Part shown: piece by piece, positions 37,117 through 48,889 of the stretch
How positions within the stretch are numbered: position 1 is the first letter of the stretch
Layout: every line of letters begins with the position of its first letter
Assembly (NCBI GenBank): GCA_053919585.1
Contig: CM132789.1
Reading direction: 5' to 3' (one strand)
Source: Euprymna scolopes
Lineage: Eukaryota
DNA length: 64,000 nucleotides
Notes under the pieces: model-generated
The model's database searches: none
The model's input: only the letters and a program-made list of their open reading frames with translations
What the model was told of the DNA's origin: nothing
Program-made: the position numbers and the translations under genes

Positions 37117-37423
37117 AAAATCTGAACTGTACTCTTTATTCAATCAACAAATTTCTGTTCCGAAAAATATTTTTCTGAATGAAATTAAAAAAAAAAAACT
37201 ATAAATTCCATTTGCTTTATCAAGTATATTTAGCTGTTCTCTTTTTGTCTAGAATTGTCTTATATAATATTACCTCCTAAAAATATTCTGTAGGACCCGA
37301 TAACACACGATTAATTTATCTATTTCTATTCATCTTAGGATTCTGATATATAGTTTCCTTTTTGAAAAGTTAATGTTTTTAACTCTTCTTAAAGTGGTTT
37401 TAACATGTTTTATTAATTCTTTG

Positions 37424-37479
<56 letters not shown>

Positions 37480-37594
37480 TTACTTTTAGTCGATCCTGTT
37501 TCTTCTTACATTATAGTCGATCTTTTTTTATAAGGTTTAAAAAAAAAATGCCCCACTTCGCTTTTAAACTATTACAATTCTGTTGTACTTCGAA

Positions 37595-37661
<67 letters not shown>

Positions 37662-38742
37662 TCTCATTCATTAGACTATGTTTGTTTTGTACTATTTATA
37701 CAATAAACCTGTGTTATCCCTTTGTTACCTTTGTATAATTATTTCACCTCCGATTATTATTTTGCTTATATCGAAATTGACATATAATAACAACAATCTT
37801 AATGAATTTCTATGATTGAAAAGAGCACTTGTCCAAATTCCTAACGATAAAAAATTCTTTTTGTTTCTTTTAAAGACCATTTTTTTAATCCATTTTAAAA
37901 ATATTTTTTCGGAAATTCTGTTTTTACATTCTCTCCCTCCTACCCTCTCTTTTTCCCCTTCCTCTATCTCTTTCATTCAATCTCTCTCTTTCCATCTCTC
38001 CTCTCTTCTCCTCTGTCTTCTTCTCCTCTCTCTTTCTCTCCTGCCCTCCGTATCTCTCTTTCTCTCTCACTCCTATTTATCTTTCTCTTCTTCTCTCCTT
38101 TCTCTCCTCCTCCTCTTCTCTCTCTACCCTCTCCACCCTCTCTCATTCTCTTCCCCTACCTCCTATCTCTTACAGTAATTTATTGTTCAAACATCAAATT
38201 CAAATGTAAATTTGTACTTTGTATTTTTTCTCTCAATTTGCTCAGCTCTTTTGCATTGAATTTCATGAGTTTTTTCCTATTCGCTTAAACCTTTAACACC
38301 TGTTGAGTAACGGATTTAAATATCAAACATGAACGTTGATATATAACGGTTAAGTTTAAGGAATCCAGAGGCAAATGAGTCCTTGTCATGACCTACAGCT
38401 GTTGAACTCCCCCTCCTGATTTAGGCAATTTACAAAATGCGAAGTTACTCTTTTGTTACTATTAAGTTTATTGTGACCCGTTGTGGTAGTACCTGTTAAG
38501 TACTATGGCTTAAATAGAATCTTGCACAATACAATAACTAAACTGCCTTGGACACCCTTCAGCAAGGTGTTTGCCCCTATTCCATCATATCGCCATGAAA
38601 TCCATCTAATAGAATATTCTAGTTCATCTAACCTTATAAAAAAAAATTCAGGTCTACACACTATTTTCACAATAAAATAATGTTCTCTTGACACTTCTTC
38701 CTTTGGAGGAAGCTGGTTCAACCCGTATAGAGTGAATGCCAC

Positions 38743-38779
<37 letters not shown>

Positions 38780-39476
38780 CTCTATGGATCAAACTACATG
38801 AAGAACAGGTGTAAGATGCCGGTTGGTGTTGTTCACCCTCAAGTCCAAGACAACCGTATCACCTTTAATATCTAAACCTGATGATGGAAAAGAAGAATCC
38901 TGAACTTCTAATGGAATCTTCTAGTTCATCTAATCTGCTAAGAAAAAATTCAATTCTCAACACTATTTTCACACATCTAAGTCGAATATTGTGACGATTT
39001 ACTGGATTATCATCTAATCAATTGTCCAGTAGAGTTAATCACTAACTGTAATGGTAATATTTTATTTAAAAGATCTTTATAGCAATTTAATCGTGTTTTT
39101 TTTTTTTATTGATGTACTGACCTCTCTAATGAGGAGGTGTGCTGCAAAATCAGAAAATATGAAACATCACATGATCACATAGTCACGCCTACGATTGTTT
39201 TTTTGATTCGTACAGTCGCAATTGTCGTCACTTTGATGTGAATAATACACAGGAGATTTAGGATATTTTTATTTCCATTTTCTGACATTTTGTTAATTTA
39301 AATAAATGATGCTATAATAATAAGTTAGTTCACTTCTGTGTGAGAAGTTTGCGATTATCCCTAGAGTAAATTATGATAATCAAAAAAACTTCTGGGAATC
39401 CATGTTCTGTTTTTGAAAATCTGATGTCAAGGAAAAACAGGTTTATAGTTTGTAAAGCTTGTTTAACATTTAGTGT

Positions 39477-39529
<53 letters not shown>

Positions 39530-39619
39530 CTACTTCATTTATTCACATAGAATTAATATACCAAAGTATAAATTTATGCGTAAACTTTAAGTATTTACTT
39601 CAAAAGTGCTCAATACGTA

Positions 39620-41250
39620 CAGTGATGATCATATTTATTGGCACGGTAAAATAAAAGTTAAATTTTGTCTAATAAATTCTAAAAAAGGGATTAAATTAAA
39701 GAAAATAACAAAGTATATTATGTATTTTTAACTGGCCTTTCCGATGCAGCAATCGGATTTTAGAAAAAATAAATAACAAAGGAACAAACATAATTGCAAA
39801 AAACCCTTGTTCAAAATTATTGGCACGGCTTTGTTTTTATTTTAGTATCAGTATAATATCAATCAATTTCCGGTTTACGTGCTTTCTGAACTTTTTTATA
39901 GCCATATTATGCTTGTTTAACGCTAATTCAGTGAATAATTTTTTTCAGATAATTTTTAGATAGCGATTTATTTAAACTATTATAAGTGACTAAATTATAA
40001 TTTTTAATCGCCATGGTTAAAACTAAGGAATACAGCGAAGACGTCAGGAAGCTTGTTGTAGCATGCCATACCAATGGGGAGGGCTATGATAAGATTTCAA
40101 AGAAGCTAAACCTTCCCAAATCTACTGTTAGAGCCATAATAAACAAGTTCAAATCGCAAGGCCACGTTATGAGTTTAGAGGGTAGAGGGAGAAATAGGAT
40201 TCTTTCCCCAAGAGATGAACGGAAAATTGTTCGACAAGTAAAACAAAACCCAAGGATCTCTGTTGGGGAGATTGTTGATGAACAGAGCACCTCTGGAGTG
40301 AATGTATCTCGACATACAGTTGGTAGAGTTTTGAAGAGAGCTGGTTTAAAAGCATGTCGTCCGAGAAAGACTCCCTTATTGAAGCCTATGCACCTGAAAG
40401 CAAGGCTAGCCTTTGCAAAACGTCATATTGATAAAGATGTTGCATTCTGGAAACGTGTTCTATGGACTGACGAAACGAAAATAGTTATTTGGCCATAATA
40501 AAGTGTCTTATATTTACAGAAAATCTGGCGAAGCTTTCCTGCCTAAGAACACCATACCCACAGTGAAGCACGGTGAAGGCAGTTTGATGTTTTGGGGATC
40601 CTTTGCTGCCTCTGGACCAGGGCGACTTGTTATGGTCACAGGTAGCATAAAAAAGGAAGATTATGTTAAAATATTGGATGAAAACCTGAAAGACTCTGCT
40701 AAAGAGCTCTCACTTGGTCGTCGTTGGTGGTTCATGCAAGATAATGAGCCAAAGCATTCGGCTAAACTGACTAAGAAATGGCTTGAGGACAATCATATTA
40801 ATGTTTTGGAGTGGCCATCACAAAGCCCAGACCTTAATCCAATTGAAAATTTATGGAGAACATTAAAATTGAGGGTAATGCAAAGGAAGCCTAAGAATCT
40901 TATTCAATTGGAGGATTATTGTCAGGAAGAGTGGGCTAAAATTACTACTGAAGAGTGCAACAACTTGGTTGTAAACTATGAAAAGCGACTGAGGAAGGTA
41001 ATCAAGGCCAAAGGCTATACAATTGATTATTAAATAAATCGTGCCAATAATTTTGAACAAGGGTTTTTTGCAATTATGTTTGTTGTTCCTTTGTTATTTA
41101 TTTTTTCTAAAATCCGATTGCTGCATCGGAAAGGCCAGTTAAAAATACATAATATACTTTGTTATTTTCTTTAATTTAATCCCTTTTTTAGAATTTATTA
41201 GACAAAATTTAACTTTTATTTTACCGTGCCAATAAATATGATCATCACTG
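39620..41250 (+). mobile_element. Tc1-family DNA transposon (1631 bp) with IR/DR ends and TA TSD
   Basis: ~210-bp near-identical TIRs (39620-39827, 41040-41250) starting CAGTGATGATC; TATTGGCACG direct repeats at the outer and inner TIR ends; TA on both sides. Confidence 0.97.
40013..41033 (+). pseudogene. Tc1 DD34E transposase with a single frameshift
   Basis: ORFs 40013-40498 and 40503-41033 give a paired-like HTH, WTDETK, TVKHG, MQDNEPKH and WPSQSPDLNPIE (34 aa between the second D and E). An apparent 2-nt deletion falls in the KIELFG codons near 40483. Confidence 0.93.
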
Positions 41251-41292
41251 TAGGTAGAGCTAGTTAGTAATTTATAAAATATATATGGCGAT

Positions 41293-41345
41293 TAAGCTAC
41301 ACTGAATATTCTGCGTTTCATCCACTCTAGGATTATTCAAGCTTA
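41293..41345 (-). ncRNA. Hammerhead ribozyme motif in the inverted 5' pseudo-LTR (core mutated)
   Basis: Minus strand reads TAAGC-TTGAATA-ATCC tagagt GGAT-GAAA-CGCAG aatatt CAGTG-TA-GCTTA. Confidence 0.65.
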
Positions 41346-41455
41346 TGCGCAATTTTGTGGTTGTCTGTCATTTTTATATACGCACCTTCTATACTTAGCT
41401 CTTGAAACAGTTGAGCACTCTCAAAAGAATTTATTTCACCACATTAAAAATAGAT

Positions 41456-44165
41456 ATGGAAAGAGTTAATTTCGAAATATCGCTAAAACACATCCCCACA
41501 CCTAGCAAGCATAGCTATATCATTAAATTAATTAAAAAAAAACAGATGAACTAATACGCCGAATGCAATGGCGAGCAAATGTCTTTATTAAAAATGAAAA
41601 AGTAAACAAAAAAGAATCCCAAGGTTTTAAAACCCTAAAAAGTGCAAAAACAGTAGACCTTTTGATAAACTTTGAAAATAACCTCTTAAACGTAGTTAAA
41701 AACTTAGAATTCCACAATCAACCTAACAATTTCCAACGGAAACGACACAAAATCGTTAGAAACATAAAGAACTCTAATAAAATCTTTATAAAAGCAGATA
41801 AAACTAGAAATTTTATAAAATAGATAAACAAGAATATAACAAACTAATCACAGAAAACATTACAAAAAACTACAAAAAACTAGACACAAATGAATGCGAC
41901 TACATAGATATAATAAATACTGAAAGTAAACAAATTACCGATAAATTAAAAATTAGCGATAAAGTTGGCAAATTGAAACCTAGAGGCATACATTCTGCTC
42001 AAAGACCACAAATGGGACTTCAATAATAATCCCAGCACCCGCTTGATAAACCCAACTAAACCAGAAATAGGTAGAATTAGCAAAGCAATACTTTCTAGAG
42101 TAAACAAACAAATCAAACAAGACCTAGAATTAAACCAGTGGGCAAATACTGCGAAGCAATCACCTGGTTTAAAAATATAGAAAACAAAAAAAAAATGTAC
42201 GTTTATACAGTTCGACCTCATAGACTTCTATCCCTCCGTATCCAAAGAACTTTTTAACATTGCCCTAGAATTTGCTGAGGCATACACTGATATATCCTCG
42301 GAGGAAATCAACATCATTAAAAAATGTAGAAAATCAGTTCTAATAAATAACAATAACCAATGGATAAAAACTAAAATGACAAATTCGTTTGATTTGGTGA
42401 TGGGTGCCCTGGATTCTGCAGAGGCATCAGATCTTGTGGGATTATCCATTCTATATACCGTCACAAGCATATTTGATACTACGGACATCGGCCTATATAG
42501 AGATGATGGATTAGCTATAATAAAAGACTCCAACAAAGTCAAGGGAGATAAATTTAGAAAATCATACACAAGGAAATGAAAAAGTTAGGCCTAAAAGTAG
42601 ATGTATTAGCTAACATAAAAATAACAAACTTCCTGGACGTCACGTTAAATTTAGATAAAAACACATATGAACCCTACTTAAAAGATAACGTTACTCCAAT
42701 ATACGTCCACCATCATTTATAAACCAGATTCCTAACTCGATCGTAAGTAGACTTAGCAATAACTCAAGCAATGAAAATGCATTTAACAGGTCAACCAATA
42801 TCTATGAAACAGCCCTAAAAGGGAGTGGATACAAAAACATTGATATTTTTTTTTTTTTACACAGTGATCACCACTTATCAAGGCCCAGAAGCCACTCAGG
42901 GATAAGGGTTATTGCAAGTACATTACGTTAGTTTGGAGATTTGCTGAAGTGTTTACTTAAGGGGGCGGTTCATTAGGAATTTGTTAACATTGGACTTGAA
43001 GACATCCAAGTTGTAGTCCAGAGGGAAGCAGGCAGACAGAACAGAGTTCCACAGGCGTGCAGTTCTAAGAAAGAAGCTTTGTTCATGAAATCCGCGTTTT
43101 GATTTAGGCACAGATATAGAGTGGGGGGAATTTTTCACAGTGGATTCAGCTAGACGGGTGTTTTTCGTGAAAGATTAGCGAGGGGGGATCAGAGATTGGA
43201 GTTCAGACGAGCACCTGCCATGGAAATAACGATAAAACAAGGATAGGCTCACAACGTCTCTTCTGTGGGAGAGAGGTTGCAGGGTAGAGAAAAGGGCATC
43301 CCCCACTAAGCCACGAATATCAAATATAAACAACAAAACACCAACAACTATAATAAAATTAAAAATAGAAGAAAAAGAACTATAATTTGGTATACGGCCC
43401 CATACAATTAAATGTTAAAAACAAAACTTGGCAAGAAATTTCTAGATCTTATCGAAAAGCACTTTCCCACAACCAACCCTTACACAAAATTTTCAATAAA
43501 AATACCATAAAGTTATTCTACAGCTGCTGCGAAAATTTAGAGATAATTAAAGCACATAATAACAAAATATTAAATTAAAACAATGTAAACAACAACAAAA
43601 TAAACAATAAAAAAAGTAGACACCATGACAAAAATAAAACTAACACAAAAGACACATATATAACTAGCAGAAATAATAATAATAAACCAACTCCGGACAA
43701 CAACAACCATACAAGAAATAAAAATAAAAATACTAATAATGAACAAGATAAATGCAACTGTAGATACCATACATTTTGTCCACTTCAAAATAAATGTCTA
43801 ACCAAAAGCATAGTTTACCAGGCCACGATATTTGCAAAAGAAAACCCGAATAACCAGAAATATTATGTAGGTATGACTTCCTTAGATTTCAAAACTCGAT
43901 ATTATGACCACAAAAGTACATTCAACAATGAAAAACACCGTATGAAAACAAAGCTAGCAAATAAATACTGGGAACTCAAGGAAAGCGGCCATTCGCTGGT
44001 AGTCGAATGGAAAATAGTAAGACAAGCAAACACCTGTAGAGACCTAGACGATCCATGTAGATTATGCCTTCATGAAAAATTTGCTATCCTGTACTTTAAA
44101 GAACCCTAACATCTATTAAATGTAGGAGAGGAATAGCGAACGACTATGTTCACAGGATAAAATAG
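41456..44165 (+). pseudogene. Naiad-type Penelope RT + C-terminal GIY-YIG endonuclease ORF (frameshifted, interrupted)
   Basis: MERVNFEISLKHIPTPS...RRMQWRA; KADKTRN; RLINPTKPEIGRISK; FDLIDFYPS; FDLVMGALDSAE; GLYRDDGL; NFLDVTLNL; zinc knuckle CNCRYHTFCPLQNKC; SIVY...YYVGMT...FKTRY; CRLCLHEK. Confidence 0.9.
42847..43316 (-). mobile_element. 5'-truncated subfamily A LINE nested in the Naiad RT
   Basis: Poly(T) at the left end; collinear with 17190-17690; ATAT duplicated at 42843-42846 and 43317-43320. Removing it restores Naiad ...SGYKNIDIKYKQ. Confidence 0.9.
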
Positions 44166-44234
44166 AAAATAAACAAATAAAATAAATAGAAGATGGAAGA
44201 AAATAAACAAATAAAATAAATAGAAGATGGAAGA

Positions 44235-46180
44235 AAATAAACAAATACAATAGATAGAAGCTAGAAATAACGTTAAGAAAGAAATAGCGACAGCCAAGAG
44301 AGAATTTACTGAAACCACTAAAAAACGCATCGAAGCACAAAAATTGGGAAATCGTGACTTCTGGAAAATCTACAACAGTGTAGTAAATAATGGGCAATCA
44401 ACAATTCCCCCACTAACCAACAATCACGAGGTTGTTTGCTCAGCAACCGACAAAGCTAATATGCTTGCCAGCCAGTTTGCCTCGAACTCCACACTGGACC
44501 CTTCCAACCACCCCCTGCCTGACTTTCCTTTGCGGACAGACGCCACGCTAGACGATCTAAAAATCACCCCTGCTCAGGTACATGCTATCATAAAAAATCT
44601 TGACACTTCAAAACATGTGGACCTGATCTCATCCCAGCTGTGCTATTAAAAAAGTGCTCAGCCGAAGTAGCTCCAGTTCTCTCCAAACTCTACAACAAAT
44701 GCCTTAATGAATCCTGCTTTCCAGGCTGTTGGAAAACCGCTTCTGTGGTACCAATATTCAAGAATTCTGGCGAAAGAACTGACCCATCAAATTATCGCCC
44801 CATTAGCCTCCTCCCACTTTTTGCCAAAATATTTGAGACCATGATTAACCATGCTCTAGTCCGGCACCTTACAGATGCTAAACTTCTGACTGCCAAACAA
44901 TATGGATTTAGACAAGCCCGTTCCACAGCTGACATCCTCACTGTAATCTCTGAACGTACATACCATTCACTGGACAAAGCGGGGGAGGGTAGAGCGGTAA
45001 CTCTAGATATATCTAAGGCTTTTAACAGGGTATGGCACAAAGGTCTCCTCAGGAAAATTAAATCATACGGTATCACTGGTAGAATACTTAGCATAATTAA
45101 ATCCTTCTTAGATAAGAGAAAAATCCAGGTTGTCCTCGACGGTCGAACATCTAAACAGTGTGATATAAATGCGGGAGTGCCTCAGGGGTCTATTCTTGGA
45201 CCTCTATTATTCCTGATATTTATTAATGACCTCTCCGACAAAACTGCCTCTGAGATGGGTATATATGCTGATGACACTACACTCTATAACAGGAAAACAA
45301 ATGAACACATATCTAAAGAAATGGCAAAAACACTAGAGGATGACCTCCAATCTGTAGTGGAATGGGAACATAAATGGATGGTCACATTCAATGATGCCAA
45401 GACTAAACTCGTTTCCTTCAATAACTACAAGAAACCTTCTCTGCCACCAATAGCAATGGCCAGTAACTCCCTGTCTGAGCGTACATCTTTCAAACTGCTT
45501 GGCCTAACGTTCACAGAAAACATGAGCTGGAACAATTATATTGAAAACATTGCCAGAGCCGCTGCAAAAAAGGTAGGCTCTCTCTACGTGCTAGAAAACT
45601 ACTGACACCTGAAAGTATCCTGTATCTCTATAAGGCCACCATTCGCCCATGTATGGAGTATTGTCACATTTGGGCTGGTGCATCTGCTACTAGTCTCTCG
45701 CTCCTTGACAAGGTTCAAAAAAGAGTCGCCAATCTGATAGGCCCTGAACTGGCATCTAAGCTTCAGCCTCTGTCTCATCGACGAAACGTTGCGTCCCTCA
45801 GCTTGTTCTACAAGTATTTTAATGGTGAATGCTCTGACGAACTGCAGACACTTGTGCCCCCACGAAGCAGACACCCTCGACAAACCCGACAGGCAGCTAA
45901 ATCCCACCCCCACACAGTAGAGATCCCTAGATGTAAAAGATCTTTCCACTCCAGTAGTTTCTTCCCCAGAACCGCTAGACTCTGGATTCCATTCCAGGAT
46001 CCTGCTTCCCTAACTGTACTGACATGGAGAAGTTCAAGTGCAACGTGAACCGACATCTTGCTGCCCAAATCCCTACATAGTGCCCCAGTAGTTGCTGACC
46101 CTGATAGTAGCCCCTACACCAAAGTGGCAATGTGCCTTGTTTGGGGTGAAAATGTAATAAAAAATAAAAAAAATAAAATA
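44235..46180 (+). mobile_element. 5'-truncated CR1/L2-group LINE subfamily B nested in the Naiad 3' region
   Basis: ORFs 44344-44649, 44640-45605 (QYGF, GVPQGSILGP, YADD) and 45653-46048; A-rich tail at 46156-46187; 34-bp tandem duplication just 5' of it (44167-44234). Confidence 0.92.
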
Positions 46181-46480
46181 AAATAAACATGCACATACAT
46201 AAACTATCATACATATATATGTATGTATGTCTATATATAAACTAACATAAAAAAACAAAACCTAACCTAGATTTAAAACAGGTCAAGACGCTAGATATCC
46301 AGGCTAAATAGAACACACACAAAGAATCAGGTCAATCAGAGGTCAAATGGGCCTTTGTCCTGTAAGTGCATGTTCATTGGCTGATAGGAAGGTGCGGTGG
46401 ATGCTAGAAAGCTGATTGGCTAACTAAAATCTCAATAGAAGTGCGTATATAAAACGACAGACAACCACAAAATTCGCACA

Positions 46481-46534
46481 TAAGCCTGGAGAATCCTAGA
46501 GTGGATGAAACGCGGAATATTCAATTGTAGCTTA
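46481..46534 (+). ncRNA. Hammerhead ribozyme motif in the 3' pseudo-LTR (core A6G variant)
   Basis: TAAGC-CTGGAGA-ATCC tagagt GGAT-GAAA-CGCGG aatatt CAATTG-TA-GCTTA; GUA cleavage triplet; stems I and II perfect. Confidence 0.7.
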
Positions 46535-46557
46535 ATCGCCATATATATTTTATAAAT

Positions 46558-46600
<43 letters not shown>

Positions 46601-47039
46601 TGTGTGTGTGTACTATAAAATAACGTCTCCTCACGAGCAGTGAATTCAATAAGTAAAAGATATTTTAATCTTAAAATTTTCAATTCTTTTTATCAACAAT
46701 TTTTCTTTCACCATTTCCTTTCTGTTCCAAGGAGAAAAAAAAAAACTCTAATTTTTTTCTGAGGAACATACTTCTGTCTCCGATTAGTTGTTTGGTTAAT
46801 TTCTGCTATTCAACAAAACACGTGTAAGACGTACTACATTAACGCATGAATAAAATACTATGAGTGGGGAATAAATACATTTTCTGGATATGTATATTCT
46901 TTGGCACCATAGTCTGAATAACACCCAGACAATGTAAGAGTTAATCTCATGAATTTAATATATTTATCTAACAGTGCTCAATAACAAGTAACAATATATT
47001 TCAGTATTTATTTTATTTATACAAACATATTGGCTACAT

Positions 47040-47101
47040 ATTGGAAGACATGTTTCGGTTATAGCCTTTTTTTTTTAAGGCAGCAGCTTCTTCAGGCCAA
47101 T
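47040..47101 (-). ncRNA. Decayed hammerhead motif in a Penelope pseudo-LTR fragment
   Basis: Minus strand reads ATTGGC-CTGAAGA-...-TAACC-GAAA-CATG-TC-TTCCAAT. The downstream flank (TAGCCAA...TTGAGCACT) matches the 29702-29800 relic. Confidence 0.5.
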
Positions 47102-47661
47102 CTAAGAGTGATAGTAGTTAAATTGACCTCATGATACTTTTGTCTTGAAAAAGTCTATAGTGAAGACAACATCCAGAATATATGTAAACAAAATGTTTGT
47201 ATTAAATAAAATGTAGTAGTAGTAGTAGTAGTAGTAGTAGTAATAATAATCTGAAAATATACTCATGGCAAGTGTTTGTTTTCAATTTTTACTATCTTTA
47301 CATATCTGGCGTTGCCCCAAATTATATATATATATATATATATATACATCTCTTTCCACCATTTCTCTCTCTTTCTCCCCCCTCCTTCTATTCCTATCCG
47401 TGTCTAGTTTAATATTTTAAACTCTCCTTCGCCCCTTGATTTTAACCCCTCTCACCCTTATCACCTTCCAGTGTCTTTTAAAACTTAACTGCTGCTGATA
47501 TCTGATTCATTCTCTCCCTCCCCCCTGTTTTGTGTATTCTTCTTTTTCTTATATCTTTTTTCCCCTAATCATAATAATTATTTTTGTAAAGTTTGATGAA
47601 ATTATTGGAATGTTGATACTTTTTTCGCTAATCGAAACATGTGTAACTAAGCAGATCAAAC

Positions 47662-47795
47662 AGTAATAATAAATATATATTCAAACTATAAAGTAATAAT
47701 AAATATATATATATTCAAACTATAAAGTAATAATAAATATATATATTCAAACTATAAAGTAATAATAAATATATATATATATTCAAACTATAAAG
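47662..47795. repeat. Minisatellite, ~30-34-bp unit x4
   Basis: AGTAATAATAAA(TA)nTTCAAACTATAA repeated with variable TA number. Confidence 0.9.
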
Positions 47796-48174
47796 CACCG
47801 TTTATATGATATAAAAAAACGAATCAAAATGGCTGTTTCATCAATGAAGAAATTAAAATTCATTCTTGTTGAATAATGAGTTTGCAAATGAAGTATTCTT
47901 TTTTAAATATAATGTTTAAAATTTCCTGTTTTTTCTGTTATTGGCTAGTTGAATGCAGTGTATGTTTGCTGAAAATTATTTTGATTAAATCATGTGCATA
48001 TCATGTATATTTAAAAAAAAACACATACACGAAAGGTAGTAAAAATATTTAGAAAGAAATTTGGTGATTTTTCTGAATAACAAATAAGGTAAAACGAAAG
48101 TGTTGCAAAAATTTCATTGGTAATTAATAATTTCAAGTGTGTCCACTTTAATTTATTGTTTGTTATGAAATATT

Positions 48175-48529
48175 GTCTTTTTTCTTTTCTCTTTCTTATT
48201 GACATTTTCCTTTCTTTTATCCTTTACTTTCCTTTTCTGTTTTTTTATTTTTCTATTTCCTTTCTTTTTTCTTTCTTTTCTTGCTTTCACTTTCCTTTTT
48301 ATCTTCTATTTTTCTTTTTTATCTCACTTTTTCTTTTTATCGCTCTTTTCTCTTTCTATCTCTTCTTTGTTTCTCTTTTTCTTTCTTCCCCTCTTCTTCA
48401 TTTTCACTTTTTCTTTTTCCTATATCTCATTTGTTTCTTCTCTCTTCCTTTTTTTTTTGAATTTTCTCCTCTTTTTTCCATTCATTTTAATTAACTACTT
48501 TTTTTGTTTTTTGTTTCTTCCCCTTCCAG
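48175..48529 (+). repeat. ~350-nt polypyrimidine low-complexity tract ending at the exon acceptor
   Basis: Almost exclusively T/C. Similar tracts lie at 37930-38175 and 53080-53520 on the same strand. Confidence 0.85.
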
Positions 48530-48647
48530 GAATTATTCTATTGCCATGGTTTGCATAAACTCAGTCTTTCGGACAATGAAATCACAAGAATTCCTGCTGC
48601 AATTGGAAGTCTCATCAATTTAGATGAACTTGACATCAGCAAAAATG
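48530..48647 (+). CDS. Lap1: Internal coding exon (118 nt) of a LAP-family LRR protein gene (Lap1/Erbin/Densin-180 type)
   Basis: Acceptor ttccag at 48524-48529 after a very long pyrimidine tract; donor G|gtaagt at 48648. Translates ELFYCHGLHKLSLSDNEITRIPAAIGSLINLDELDISKN-G, i.e. LxxLxLxxN LRRs that closely resemble the N-terminal LRRs of Erbin/Lap1 as I recall them (QLFNCQSLHKLSLPDND...LINLRELDVSKNG). Confidence 0.9.
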
Positions 48648-48889
48648 GTAAGTGAAATTTCAATTTATTAATTCTGCATCAGAAAACCAAGTTCATTTAT
48701 AGTTTTTACATCACCATACATATAATATTTGTAATGTATATCTATACATGTGTCATAGTTTTATTATATCGATACATAACATGCATGTACATGTATATAC
48801 ATGTACTGGCCACAAAGGGACATAAACAAAATAGACACTAAAATGCAGATGTTGACACTGTGCAGAATAACATACAAAAACCAGTTTCT

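Larger units (their letters stand above)
36940..37168. repeat. ~230-bp palindrome of two divergent Penelope-type pseudo-LTR tips
   Basis: Arms ~36940-37046 and ~37058-37168 are reverse complements with scattered mismatches; each arm carries a hammerhead motif. Confidence 0.9.
39528..46560 (+). mobile_element. Penelope-like retroelement (Naiad-type) with inverted 5' pseudo-LTR and direct 3' pseudo-LTR, interrupted by three nested TEs
   Basis: 41268-41392 is the reverse complement of 46435-46560; RT and GIY-YIG coding remnants lie between; (TA)n tracts flank both ends (39480-39527, 46560-46597). Confidence 0.85.

Noticed and set aside
41456-46440. Selenocysteine recoding in the Naiad ORF (reported for some Naiads)
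   Set aside because: The Cys positions in the knuckle and CxxC are TGT/TGC, the early TGA results from a poly(A) frameshift, and I see no SECIS-like stem downstream.
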